64,000 bases of DNA from an uncultured Actinomycetota bacterium (lineage in GTDB: Bacteria; Actinomycetota; Actinomycetes; Mycobacteriales; Mycobacteriaceae), in NCBI GenBank assembly GCA_963829405.1, contig CAWHIZ010000036.1:23619-87618 (forward strand). Reading direction: 5' to 3'. Below the pieces are notes generated by a model. That model was not told the DNA's origin, did not search any database, and saw only the letters and a list, made by a program, of their open reading frames with translations. Positions within the stretch are counted from its first letter, which is position 1. Each line of letters opens with the position of its first letter. Positions 34,789 to 45,213 of the stretch are shown here, one piece after another. A program made the position numbers and the translations under genes.

Positions 34789-36163
34789 ATGAAGCTGATC
34801 TCGCCGACCGATTCGATGTTCCTGATCGGCGAATCTCGTGAGCATCCGATGCATGTTGCCGGCCTGCAGCTCTTTCAGCCGCCCGAGGGCAGTGGCCCCG
34901 ACTTCATCCGCGACCTGCACGAGACGATCGTCGCAGAACGACGATTTCCAGCCGACCTTCAGAAAGCATCCCGGCCTGATGCTCGGCGGCATCGCCAACG
35001 TCGCCTGGGCCTTCGACAAGGATGTCGACATCGACTACCACCTCCGCAGATCCGGTTTGCCCCGTCCTGGCCGCATCCGCGAGTTGCTCGAGCTGGTGTC
35101 GCGGCTGCACGGCACCCTGCTCGATCGGCACCGGCCGCTGTGGGAGACAAGCCTCGTCGAGGGTCTGGAAGACGGTCGTTTCGCGATCTACACCAAGATG
35201 CACCACTCGCTGCTCGACGGCATCTCCGCGCAGCGCCTCACGATCCGGTCGATGTCGACCGACCCCGACGACCGCGAGGTTCGGGTGCCGTGGACACTCG
35301 GCCCGAAGCACAGAGACAAGCGCGCCGACGCGTCGCGGTCGACTCTGCAATCGATCACCGGCGCCATCGGGTCGGTTGCCTCGTTGGCTCCCTCGGCGCT
35401 GTCGGTCGCGCGGGCCGCGCTGCTTGAACAGCAGCTGACCCTGCCGTTCCGAGCGCCCAAGACGATGTTCAACGTGCCGATCGGGGGAGCGCGGCGGGTG
35501 GCCGCACAGTCATGGCCCCTCGCGCGGATCCGAGCGATCAAATCGGCGGCGGGCGTCAGCTCCAATGACGTCGTGCTGGCCATGTGCGCCGGAGCGCTGC
35601 GCGCCTACCTCATCGAAGAGAACGCGCTGCCGGAAACACCTCTGGTGGCGATGGTCCCGATCAGCCTGCGCGCCGAGGGCGAGCAGGACGCGGGCGGCAA
35701 CATGGTCGGCACGATCCTGTGCAACCTCGCCACCGACACCGAGGATCCCGCCAAACGTCTCGAGGCGATCAACACCTCGATGAACGACAACAAGAGGGTG
35801 TTCGCCGAGCTGCCGAAGAACCAGGCGCTCGCGTTGTCGGCATTCCTGATGTCGGGAATCGCGCTCGCGTTGGTGCCCGGGTTCGCGTCGTCGGCTCCGC
35901 CGCCGTTCAACATCGTCATCTCCAACGTGCCGGGTGCCCGTGAGCCGCTGTACTGGAGAGGCGCCCGACTCGACGGCAACTACCCGCTGTCGATCGCGTT
36001 GGACGGCCAGGCCCTGAACATCACGATGACCAACAACGCCGACAACCTCGACTTCGGCCTCGTCGGCTGCCGCCGCAGCATTCCGCACCTTCAGCGCCTG
36101 CTCATGCATCTCGAGGACTCGCTGACCGACCTGGAGAAGGCCGTCGGAGTCGCAGGCGGTTAG
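34789..36163 (+). pseudogene. Wax ester synthase/diacylglycerol acyltransferase (WS/DGAT), one frame change
   Basis: N-terminus 'MKLISPTDSMFLIGESREHPMHVAGLQLF..' (ATG 34789) is in the frame of ORF 34618..35427. The rest, including the catalytic 'HHSLLDG', is in ORF 34838..36163. The switch is at about 34930. Length is 3n+1. Confidence 0.85.
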
Positions 36164-36181
36164 CCTGCGCCCTTGCCGTTG
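36157..36181 (+). repeat. 25-bp direct repeat, left copy (cggttagcctgcgcccttgccgttg)
   Basis: Identical to 37788-37812. It contains the WS/DGAT stop codon (TAG 36161-36163). Confidence 0.9.
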
Positions 36182-37787
36182 GTGTCGGTGCTGATCGATC
36201 GATTTTGTCGGTGTTCGAATGTATGTTCGAGTCATGTCAGTGGTTGCGGTGCGGGAGGCGATGGCGAACGCTGTGCGCCGCCTACGACGCCGTCGATGCC
36301 TGCGATGTTGATGCGTTGACCCGCGCCGAGGTGGTGTCGGTGATCGACGATCTCGAAACACTGACCTGCCGGATGCCGACCCAGTGCGCATCGGCTGCTG
36401 ACCCGGCTGCAGGCCGAAACCACCCCGCGTGAGATGGGCGCCAAATCGTGGAACGAGGTGCTGCGGATCCGGTGGCGGCTGTCGACGGGTGAGGCGTCGC
36501 GGCGGCTGCACGAGGCCGCCGACCTGGCCGCGCGCACCAGCCTGGTCGGTGAGCCGTTGGCGCCGCTGCTGCCCGCGGTGGCCGCCGCCCAGTCGGCGGG
36601 ACTGATCACCGGTGAGCACGTCGCGCGCGATCCGCGCCGCCATCAAGCGCCTGCCGTCGTGGGTCGACACCATCACCGCCGCGCAGTTCGAGGTCGACCT
36701 GGTGCGCGTCGCGGTCGGGGTCGGACCCAAAGAGCTACGCGAGACCGCCGACCTGCGGCTGTTCCTGCTCGATCAGGACGGCCCCGAACCCGACGACGCC
36801 GAACGCGAACGCAAACGCCGACTTCACCACTATCGCCAAGGGCCGTGACGCGATGACCGCGGCTAGTCGCCGAACTTCACCCCCGAGGCGTGGGCGGTGT
36901 GGGAAGTGATCTTCGCCAAATACGCCGCGCCCGGCATGTGCAACCCCGCCGACGACCGAACCGTGCACCTCGGGCACCCCCACCAGGCCCAGATCGACAC
37001 CGACGACCGCACCCTGGGCCAACGCCAGCACGACGCGATGCTGGCGATCGGGCGCATCGCGTTGATGAGCGGTGAACTCGGCCACCTCAACGGGCTACCG
37101 GTGTCGGTGATCATCCGCACCACCCTGCAGGACCTGGAAAGCCGCGCCGGCATCGGCGTCACCGGCGGGGGCACCAAACTCCCGATCGCCGACGTCATCA
37201 GAATGGGCGCGCCACGCCAACCACCACCTCGCCGTGTTCGACGGAGCCACCGGCCAAGCGCTGGCGCTGTATCGCACCAAGCGGGTCGCCTCGCCCGCCC
37301 AGCGGATCATGCTGATCGCCCGCGACGGCGGCTGCACCAAACCGTGCTGCACCGTGGGCGCCTACGGCTGCCAGGTCCACCACGCCACCACGGACTGGGC
37401 ACAAGGCGGCAACACCAACGTCGACGACATGACCCTGGCGTGTGGACCCGACAACCGCGACGTCGACGACGAGCGGCTGGCAGACCCGCATCAACACCCG
37501 CGGCGAATGCGAATGGACACCCCCACCCGATCTGGACCACGGCCAATCCCGCATCAACTACTACCACCGCCCCGAAGCACTCCTGCGACCACCCGAAGAC
37601 CGGGCGCTGCCCGAACCCCAACCACCGGAACCGAAGTCACCGAAACCAAGCGGCACAACGACTACCGACGTCAACCCGTCAGGACCTCGACACCACCGAA
37701 ACACCCGGCGGACCCGAACCACCCGACCACAAAGCCGCCTAACCCACACCGCGGGTGAATGAACAGATACATCCACTCGGATCAAAT
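36182..37787 (+). mobile_element. REP13E12-like single-gene element (DUF222/HNH endonuclease) bracketed by 25-bp direct repeats
   Basis: 1606 bp between two perfect 25-bp direct repeats, carrying only the DUF222-HNH gene. It separates two convergent genes whose stop codons both lie inside the repeat. Confidence 0.6.
36219..37762 (+). pseudogene. DUF222 / HNH endonuclease (13E12-repeat family), at least seven frame changes
   Basis: Family-typical text is spread over ORFs 36205..36432, 36434..36856, 36612..36848, 36897..37742, 37234..37758 and 37442..37762. The HNH core is 'GCTKPCCTVGAYGCQVHHATTDWAQGGNTNVDDMTLACGPDNR'. Frame order is 0>1>2>0>1>0>1>2. Confidence 0.8.
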
Positions 37788-37812
37788 CGGTTAGCCTGCG
37801 CCCTTGCCGTTG
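37788..37812 (+). repeat. 25-bp direct repeat, right copy
   Basis: Identical to 36157-36181. It contains the stop codon (TTA on the + strand, 37791-37793) of the minus-strand SDR gene. Confidence 0.9.
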
Positions 37813-38531
37813 TCGACCCGGTAGACGGCGCCGTGTACAGCTGCCGCGTCGTCGCTCGCGAGGAATGCGACCACGTTGGCGACATCGAGGGGCGCCATCA
37901 TGCCGCGCGGGGAAGCCGTCCGCATGATCAGGTCGAAGTTCGCGTCGTCCGGCGCGGAGAACTTCTCGATCTGTGGTGTCAGCATGCCGCCGGGGCAGAC
38001 GGCGTTGACCCGCAACCGGTCGGCGGTGTACTCGACGGCCAGCGCTCGGGTGAGCCCGATCAGGCCATGCTTGGCCGCGCAGTACCCGGCGGAGTACGCC
38101 TGGCCCTCGACACCGGCGATGGAGGCGACGTTGACGATGTTGCCGCCGTGGGCAAGTAAGTGGGGTAGCGCGGCCCTGCACAGGTAGAACGGTCCATTCA
38201 GGTTGACCGCGAGGTCGTCCGCCCAGTCGTCGTCGGTCATGGTCTCGGTACGGCGCATCTGATGGCTTCCCGCGATGTTGACGAGCACGTCGAGCCGACC
38301 GAACCGCTCGACACATCGCTCGACCGCATCGCGACAATCCGTCGCCGAACCCACGTCGACCGATGCGTAGGCACCCGCTTCCACATCGGCGAACACCGCG
38401 GCCAGCCGGTCGGAGTCCCTGGCTATACCGAAAACCGTTGCACCCTGGCGGGAAAGCAGCCGCGCGGTTTCGGCGCCAAGCCCAGAGGAGGCGCCGGTGA
38501 CCAGAATGACTTTGCCGCCTAGCGATGACAT
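37791..38531 (-). CDS. SDR-family oxidoreductase
   Basis: 246 codons from ATG 38531 ('MSSLGGKVILVTGASSGLG..', catalytic 'YCAAKHG'). The ORF-track start 39044 is an antisense extension into the next gene. Confidence 0.8.
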   Translation of the reverse strand: MSSLGGKVILVTGASSGLGAETARLLSRQGATVFGIARDSDRLAAVFADVEAGAYASVDVGSATDCRDAVERCVERFGRLDVLVNIAGSHQMRRTETMTDDDWADDLAVNLNGPFYLCRAALPHLLAHGGNIVNVASIAGVEGQAYSAGYCAAKHGLIGLTRALAVEYTADRLRVNAVCPGGMLTPQIEKFSAPDDANFDLIMRTASPRGMMAPLDVANVVAFLASDDAAAVHGAVYRVDNGKGAG

Positions 38532-38573
38532 TCGATTCAATCCGCCCTTCAGCGTCGACGTGGGATTACGGTA

Positions 38574-39319
38574 ATGGACGTGGAGGAGCTTGCCGCACAA
38601 CGGGAGTTCACGGCGTACGGCCCGTCGCACCTGGTCGTGCTCGCCGTGTTCGTCATCGGCGCAGTGCTTCTGGTCTGGATCGGCCGTCGGCAGACCGAAG
38701 CGCAGGCACGCATGCTCGGTCGCGCGCTGGCCGTCGTGATCGTCGCGGCATTCGCTGTGGCGCTGGTGTACAAGCTGATCCGGCCCGACATCCAGACCTC
38801 GATACCGCTGCAGCTCTGCGATATCGCAGAGCTCACGGCGGCCTACGCATTGTGGACGCAGCGTCATTGGGCTTTCGTGCTGGCGTACTACTGGGGTCTC
38901 GTGCTGAGCTCGCAGGCGCTCATCACGCCGGACATCGGCACGCCGCAGGAAGGTGCGCCGGATTTCCCGAGCCATCTCTTCCTGACGTTCTTCATCCTTC
39001 ACGTACTCGTCGTGTGGGCGGCGATCTATCTCACATGGGGGCAACGGAACCGGCCGAGTTGGCGGGACTATCGATTCGCGATCTCGGTGACGCTCGCATG
39101 GGCGGCGTTCACCATCACTTCAACGCCATCACCGGAACCAACTACGGCTACCTCAACAGGAAGCCCCCGACCGCGTCAGTGCTGGACGCGCTCGGGACCG
39201 TGGCCGGTCTACCTGTTGGCCGAGATCGCGATCGTGCTCGCGTGTGGGCGCTGATGACGTGGCCGTGGGAGCGGAAACGGCACGCAGACGTCAGCGTCGG
39301 GCGGCAGGCAGCTCGCTGA
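38574..39319 (+). pseudogene. TIGR02206/YwaF-like integral membrane protein, three frame changes
   Basis: Frame of ORF 38574..39254 up to '..AAFTIT'. Then 'FNAITGTNYGYLNRKPPTASVLDALG' in the frame of 38525..39319. Then back for 'PWPVYLLAEIAIVLA'. Then 'VWALMTWPWERKRH..' again in the second frame. Switches are at about 39110, 39197 and 39240. Confidence 0.6.
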
Positions 39320-39355
39320 CGACTTCGCGGTCTACTTTTGGGCGGCGCCCCGCAG

Positions 39356-39383
39356 TTGATTTAAACTTACTGGCGAGTAATAA
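39356..39383 (+). promoter_or_regulatory. Sigma-70-like promoter candidate for the hydrolase gene
   Basis: TTGATT (39356-39361), a 16-nt spacer, then TAATAA (39378-39383). A G-rich RBS (aaggggga) and ATG 39397 follow. It is an isolated AT-rich patch in a GC-rich context. Confidence 0.4.
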
Positions 39384-39396
39384 AGGGGGACCGCCA

Positions 39397-40296
39397 ATGG
39401 TGGGCGATAACGCGCCTTCCCGGGATGAGGCAGGTTCGGGCATCGAGCCACCGGTCGCGCCGAAGGTGCGCCGGGCATTTGGGCTGCTCGAGCGGTTCGC
39501 ACCGGCGCTCGGGGCGAGATGGGCTGTCGAACTGTGGTGCACCCCGCCCGCGGTGGAGATGAGCCTGCGGATGCCGCCCGGCGTGCCTGCCGGTGAGCCG
39601 GTCGAGGCAACCTGGGCCGGACATCGGATCGCCGGGGAGTTCTGGGGTGAGGGCCCCGCGGTCTATCTGGTGCACGGCTGGGGCGGCTGCCGCGCGCACC
39701 TCGGCGTCTTCGTCAAACCGCTTGTCGAGGCGGGATACCGCGTATTCGCCTTCGACCTGCCCAGCCACAACGAGTCCGATCCGGGAGACCTCGCGCCAGG
39801 CCGCACGACGATCGTCGAGTGCGCAGAAGCGGTCCGCGCGTTCGTCGGCACCCACGGGCGGGCGCACGGGATCGTGGCGCATTCCATCGGCGCCAAGGCC
39901 GCTGCGCTCGCAGTGGCAAGGGGGATGTCCGTCGACCGCCTCGTGTTCCTGGCGCCGATGGGCGACTTCAGTTTGTATCTGGACCTCTTCGCCGATCGCC
40001 ACGGGTTCGGGCCGCGCATTCGAACGCGCCTGCATCGGCGCCTCGACCGACGGCTGCGGATGCCGTTGTTCGACACAGACATCCCCAAAGCGGTTGAGTC
40101 CATCGACAATCCGCCGCCGCTCCTGCTGGTGCACGATCCCGACGATCCGGACAGTCCGTACTCGACGAGCGAGAGAATCGTCGGTGATTGGCCAGACGCG
40201 AAATTGGTGACCACTCGCGGACTCGGACGGCTCGCGCACTACCGCATCCTGCGGCACCGCCCCGCGATCCAGGCCGCCGTCGAGTTCATCGGCTGA
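39397..40296 (+). CDS. Alpha/beta hydrolase
   Basis: 299 codons from ATG 39397. Contains 'VYLVHGWGG' and the nucleophile elbow 'VAHSIGAKA'. Confidence 0.75.
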   Translation: MVGDNAPSRDEAGSGIEPPVAPKVRRAFGLLERFAPALGARWAVELWCTPPAVEMSLRMPPGVPAGEPVEATWAGHRIAGEFWGEGPAVYLVHGWGGCRAHLGVFVKPLVEAGYRVFAFDLPSHNESDPGDLAPGRTTIVECAEAVRAFVGTHGRAHGIVAHSIGAKAAALAVARGMSVDRLVFLAPMGDFSLYLDLFADRHGFGPRIRTRLHRRLDRRLRMPLFDTDIPKAVESIDNPPPLLLVHDPDDPDSPYSTSERIVGDWPDAKLVTTRGLGRLAHYRILRHRPAIQAAVEFIG

Positions 40297-40327
40297 TGGA
40301 CATGTCCGCGGTCTAGGATTCCGCTCC

Positions 40328-41700
40328 ATGTCCGCTCCCCGAACGGTCACCGAGCCCAGTCGCGAAATCGACGTCATCCACGAGACCGACGTGCTGGTCG
40401 TCGGCTCTGGTCCCGGTGGCCTTGCCGCCGCCCTTGCGGCGTCACGCGCGGGCGTGCAGGTGGCTCTGGTCGAACGGTTCGGCTGCTTCGGCGGAAACAT
40501 CACGGCAGTCGGAGTCGAGGGCTTCGCCTGGTACCGCCGCGAGCAGACGGTGGAAGCAGGCGGCATCGGCTGGGAGTTCGAGCAACGCGCCAAGGAGATG
40601 GGCGCGGCGGTGCCCGAAAGCCAGTCGCTGTCATACGAACTCGACTCAGAAGGCTTCAAGCTGGTCGCCGACCGGCTTGTGGAGGAGGCAGGCATCCACG
40701 CGATGCTGCACCGCCAGTTCGTCGCACCGCTGATGGACGGCGAGGAGATCATCGGCGTCGTCACCGAGTCCAAGGCCGGGCGGGAGGCGATCCTGGCCCG
40801 CCGGGTTGTCGACGCCACCGGCGACGCCGACGTGGCCACCCGAGCGGGGGCGCCGGTCGGTAAGACACCCGTCGAGGAGATGATGGCGGCGTCGGTGATG
40901 TTCCACCTCGCCGGTGTCGACAAGGCGGCATTCCTCACCGGCGTCGCCGAGGACCCGCAGACGTATCGCGATTGGGCGGCAGGGGAATTCGCCGCCGACA
41001 CCGACGAGAAGGACGCCGACCTCTATTCGCCGTATCTCGGCAAGCCGTTCGCGAAGGCCATCGCCGACGGGGTTGCTCCCGGACCACCTGAACACCATCG
41101 GCGGCACATGGGGCGCGATGCACGACACCGGCGAGCTGACCTACATGAACCTGGTCCACCTCGCCGGATGCGACGGCACCGACCCCGACAGCCTCACCCG
41201 CTACGAGATCGAGGGCCGACGACAGGCCATGCTCGCCATCGAGGCGCTGCGGCGCTACACGCCGGGCTGCGAAGCCGCCCGCCTGCGCAACTTCGGGATG
41301 ACGATCGGCATCCGCGACACCCGCAAGATCGACGCCGTCTACAACCTCACCGAGACCGACGTGCGCGAGCAGGGCCGGTTCGACGACAGCATCGGCATCT
41401 ACCCCGAGTTCATCGACGGCTACGGAGTTCTGGTGCTCCCGACGACCGGGCGCTACCTGCAGATCCCGTACCGGTCACTGCTGCCGAAGACCGTCCGGCA
41501 TCTGATCGTCGCCGGCCGCGCCACCGGAGGGGACCGCATCGCCCATGCCGCGACCCGGAACATGTCGTGCTGCGCCGTCACCGGTCAGGGCGCCGGGGTG
41601 GCCGCCGCACTGTCCGATCCGGTCGGAACGCGGTTTGGACGACGTCGACATCGCCGCCGTCCAGGCCGAGTTGACCCGTCAGGACGTCCGGATCAGCTGA
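40328..41700 (+). pseudogene. FAD-dependent oxidoreductase (FAD_oxidored type), two frame changes
   Basis: 'DVLVVGSGPGGLAAA' N-terminus is in ORF 40328..41674. The middle part '..DHLNTIGGTWGAMHDTGELTYMNLVHL..' is in ORF 40914..41729. The tail 'DDVDIAAVQAELTRQDVRIS*' is in the third frame, ending at TGA 41698-41700. The +1 shifts are at the GGGG run 41068-41071 and at about 41636. Confidence 0.7.
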
Positions 41701-42823
41701 TCACCTTGGACCAGTTGGCCCCGAGGTAGTCGGCCATCTTCTTGCTCTGCTCGTCCGTCGGAATCACGGGTGTCCCTTCGACCTTGGGCAGCGCTTCGAG
41801 CAGCGTCTTGTCGACGGTGCCCGCCTTCTCCATCGCGTCCGCGAGCACCGGTCGGGCGAGGCCCTTCAGGAAGAGGTTCTGGCCCTCGTCGCTGTAGAGG
41901 AACTCCTGCCAGAGTCGCGCCGCGGCGGGGTGTGGACCGTCGGCGTTGATCGCCTGGAAGTAGTAGCCGCCGACGAGTGCATCGTTGGGGACGAACACCT
42001 TCCAGGTCGGGATCTTCTTGGTCTCGGCCGCATTCAGGTAGTCCCAGTCGATGACGACCGGCGTCTGGCCGGATTCGATCGTCGCAGGCGTCGGGTCGAC
42101 GGGCACGAAATTGCCCGCTTCCTTGAGCTTGACGAAGAAGTTCAGGCCGGGGGCGATGTCGTCCACCGATCCGCCGTTGGCGAGCGCCGTCATCAGCACG
42201 CCGTTGGCGGCGGCGCTTGCGGTGGTGGGATCGCCGTTGAGGGCGACCTTGCCCTTGAACTCGGGCTTGAGCAGATCGGCGACCGCGGTTACTTCCGGCA
42301 CCTTCGCCGAGTCGTAACCGATGGACGTATAGCCGCCGTAGTCGTTGACCCAGGTGCCGTCCGGATCCTTGAACTCGGCGGGGATGTCGTCGAACTTCTC
42401 GACCTTGTACGGCGCGAAGAGTTTGGTGTTCGCCAATGCGATCGCCTGGCCGAGGTCGAAGACGTCGGGCGCGGTGCTCTTGCCCTTCTGCTGGTTGGCG
42501 GCGTTGATCTCGTCCTGGCTGTTGGCATCGGGCTGCGCGGAGTTCACCTTGATGCCGTACTTGCTGGAGAACGTGTCGATGATCTCCTTGTAGTTGGCCC
42601 AATCCGGCGGCAGCGCAATCACATTGAGCTCTTTCTCGGCTTTCGCGGCCTCGATGAGGCCGTCCATCCCGCCGAAGTCGGCCGCCGACGTGGCCTCCTT
42701 GGCGTTCACACCGGACTCGGTCTGGCCGCCGGAGTCCTCCTTTTCGGGGGGAGCGCACGCGACCAGTCCGATGACGACGAGTGCGGATGCGGCGGTGGCT
42801 CCGAGAAGCCGTGATCTGATCAT
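41693..42823 (-). CDS. ABC-transporter periplasmic solute-binding lipoprotein (PotD/iron(III)-type family)
   Basis: Intact 376-aa ORF with a signal peptide and lipobox 'VIGLVAC'. It has the overall look of an SBP. No permease or ATPase gene is adjacent. Confidence 0.7.
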   Translation of the reverse strand: MIRSRLLGATAASALVVIGLVACAPPEKEDSGGQTESGVNAKEATSAADFGGMDGLIEAAKAEKELNVIALPPDWANYKEIIDTFSSKYGIKVNSAQPDANSQDEINAANQQKGKSTAPDVFDLGQAIALANTKLFAPYKVEKFDDIPAEFKDPDGTWVNDYGGYTSIGYDSAKVPEVTAVADLLKPEFKGKVALNGDPTTASAAANGVLMTALANGGSVDDIAPGLNFFVKLKEAGNFVPVDPTPATIESGQTPVVIDWDYLNAAETKKIPTWKVFVPNDALVGGYYFQAINADGPHPAAARLWQEFLYSDEGQNLFLKGLARPVLADAMEKAGTVDKTLLEALPKVEGTPVIPTDEQSKKMADYLGANWSKVIS

Positions 42824-42959
42824 TGCCGAACCTTCCGATGGGAGGGCGGATCCAACGTGGCGGAACCCTACCGCGAGGTCCTTTCGTTAGGGTGAATTCC
42901 AGGCATTTGTGCACGTCAGAAACGCCCGACGGCTACCGCAGAAGTGATACTTTCCGACG

Positions 42960-43565
42960 ATGGACGACGAAGCCGGTCGCGAAGCCGTCGACGTCGCATT
43001 GACTCTGTTGGCAGAGCAGGGGTTTGACGCCACCTCGATGGCGCAGATCGCCGCGGCCACCGGCATCCCGGCCGACGAGGTCGAGCGCGCCCTCGGAACC
43101 AAGGACGAGATCGTGCTGACAGTCGCCGAGGAGATGCTCGGGTCCGTCGTCAAGGCGCTGTCCGAGATCGACGCGCAGACGCCCCTTGTCGAAGCGCTGA
43201 TGACAGCGCACTCGTCGCTGCTCGCCGACATCATCAACGACACCGGTCCGGTCTCGTTGGACCGCATGCGCCGGATGGGCAAGACGATCACGTCGTCACC
43301 GGATCTGCAGAAGAAGGTCGGCGCGCAGCGTGTCGAGATGCTCACGAGTGTGCTTGCCGACCGTTTCGAGAGCGCCGCGTCGGACACCCGCGTGCAGCAG
43401 GGGCTGAAGCTGTGGTCGGCCGTCCTCGCGGCGACCTACCTGGACGTGCTGGACAAGCATGGCCGATTCGACCCCGACGTCGATGAGGAGTCACCGGATT
43501 ACATGCGCAACAGGCTGAATCGGGCCTTCCGGATCGTCACCGGTCGATCGATACCGGCGACCTAG
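42960..43565 (+). CDS. TetR-family transcriptional regulator
   Basis: Intact 201-aa ORF with the N-terminal HTH 'GFDATSMAQIAAATGIPADEVERALGTKDEIV'. Confidence 0.75.
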   Translation: MDDEAGREAVDVALTLLAEQGFDATSMAQIAAATGIPADEVERALGTKDEIVLTVAEEMLGSVVKALSEIDAQTPLVEALMTAHSSLLADIINDTGPVSLDRMRRMGKTITSSPDLQKKVGAQRVEMLTSVLADRFESAASDTRVQQGLKLWSAVLAATYLDVLDKHGRFDPDVDEESPDYMRNRLNRAFRIVTGRSIPAT

Positions 43566-43622
43566 CGTTCGGCGACGGCCGTCGAGCCCGTTAACACCAC
43601 GTCACGACCGATCGCATTTGGT

Positions 43623-43641
43623 CTATAGGTCTTGTTTTTAG
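43623..43641 (-). promoter_or_regulatory. 19-bp AT-rich motif copy A (CTAAAAACAAGACCTATAG, read on the minus strand)
   Basis: Lies upstream of the APC permease gene. Matches the pattern yTAAAwAC-NN-GACCTwTAG shared with 46908-46926 and 55283-55301. Confidence 0.45.
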
Positions 43642-43710
43642 TTCTTTAGGGTCTTACGCTTCCGTCACGAGTAACGCACATCACGTTGCCCACAGGAAAG
43701 GAAGGCCTCC

Positions 43711-45169
43711 ATGGCCGTGAATTCAGTGCCCGCATCGGCCACTGCAGAGGACTCCGACGAGGGTGGCAGCACACTCAGGCGGGGAGCGATCGGTCTCGTC
43801 GGCGTCGTCTTCATGGTGGTGGCGTTCTCGGCGCCGATAACGGCGATGACTGGCAACCTGCCGGTGGCGGTGGGCTTCGGCAACGGCCTCGGCGCCCCTG
43901 GCGGATTCGTCATCGCAACGGTGGTGTTCACCATCTTCAGCGTCGGGTTTGTCGCGCTGGCCCGGCATATCACCGCGGCCGGTGCCTTCTATACCTTCGT
44001 CTCGCGTGGCTGGTCGAAGATCCCCGGCCTACCTGCCGGCGTCTTGTCGATGTTCAGCTACATGACGATGGAAGCCGGCCTGATCGGCATCTTCTCGGCC
44101 TTCGCCGGACAGGCCGTCAACGCTCAGTTCGGGGTCGATCTTCCGTGGCTGTTGTACGCAGCGATCGGGCTCATCGTCATTGCGATGCTTGTCGCACTTC
44201 GACATCTCGGTGGCTGCCAAGGTTCTGGGTGTCGTCCTGGTCTGCTGAGATCGCGATGCTGACCCTGACCGCAGTCGCTTCACTGGCTCACCACCCGGAT
44301 GGATTGAGCTGGACGTCGCTGAGTCCGGTCACCGCACTGACCACCAATGGAGTCGCCGGCGGTGTGGTGGGGCTGGGTTTGATGTTTGCCTTCTGGTCGT
44401 GGGTCGGATTCGAGTCAACCGCCATCTACGGCGAGGAGTCCAAGGACCCGAAGAAAATCGTGCCGCGGGCGACCATGATCGCCGTCATCGGAATCGGCGT
44501 CTTCTATACCTTCATCGCCTGGGGTGTGATCGTGGGTAACGGCCCTGCGAAGGCAGTCGAAGTGCGCTTCGAGCGCAACGCCGTTCGATCTTCTGTATGT
44601 GCCGACCGAGCAGTACGTCGGCCATTGGGGAGTTATCGTTTTCGAATGGTTGGTGCGTCGGCGGCTCCTTCGCTTGCGCATTGGCAATTCACAACTCTGC
44701 CTCGAGGTACCTGTTCGCCTTCGGTCGCGATGGACTGCTGCCGCGCCGCCTCGGCGAGGCACACCCCAAGCACGCCTCGCCGTGGATCGCCTCGTCTGAC
44801 CCAAAGTTTCTTCGCTGCGACTTGTTGTCATCCTCTGCGCAGTCAGCGGCTCCGATCCCTACACTGGTGCTGTACGTGCTGGTTGCGATTCTGGCGACGA
44901 TCTGCCTCCTGATCGTGCAGACCTTGTCCTCCGTCGCCACGGTGGTGTACTTCCACGTCAAGAGGCAGCACCCAGAGACCGCCAGTTGGTGGCGCACTGT
45001 CGCGGCGCCGATCCTCGGTGGCGCAGGCATGGTGTACGTCATCTACCTGATGGTCTCCAACATGTCGGCGGCGGCGGGCGCCGCGTCGGGAAGGCTATTG
45101 TTCAAGATGATCCCGTACATCGTGGTGGCGCTTGCTTGTGCTGTCGATTCGGCCTGGCGTTCTACCTAG
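43711..45169 (+). pseudogene. APC-family amino acid/amine permease, at least five frame changes
   Basis: Hydrophobic, family-like segments are scattered over ORFs 43711..44262, 43686..44912, 44599..44799 and 44597..45169. Examples: 'GLVGVVFMVVAFSAPITAMTG', 'FAFWSWVGFESTAIYGEESKDPKK', 'FACALAIHNSASRYLFAFGRDGLLP'. The true 3' end is uncertain, about 45170-45250. Confidence 0.65.
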
Positions 45170-45213
45170 CGGACGGCTCGCGCCCGATCTCTACGAACGC
45201 ATCGGGTCGCACC

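Noticed and set aside
36216-37778. Possible terminal inverted repeats of the HNH element (gaatgtatgttcgag near 36217 versus gaatgaacagatacatcc near 37758)
   Set aside because: Only about 11-12 matching bases, and the match needs a 2-nt gap. The sites lie 35-40 bp inside the direct repeats. This is too weak to distinguish from chance, so only the 25-bp direct repeats are reported.
37791-39044. 417-aa ORF for the SDR gene
   Set aside because: Only the last 246 codons, from ATG 38531 ('MSSLGGKVILVTGASSGLG'), are SDR-like. The upstream part is antisense to the TIGR02206-like gene. The same kind of 5' over-extension was trimmed for 27188..30097, 32959..34176, 33909..34784 and 31511..32233.
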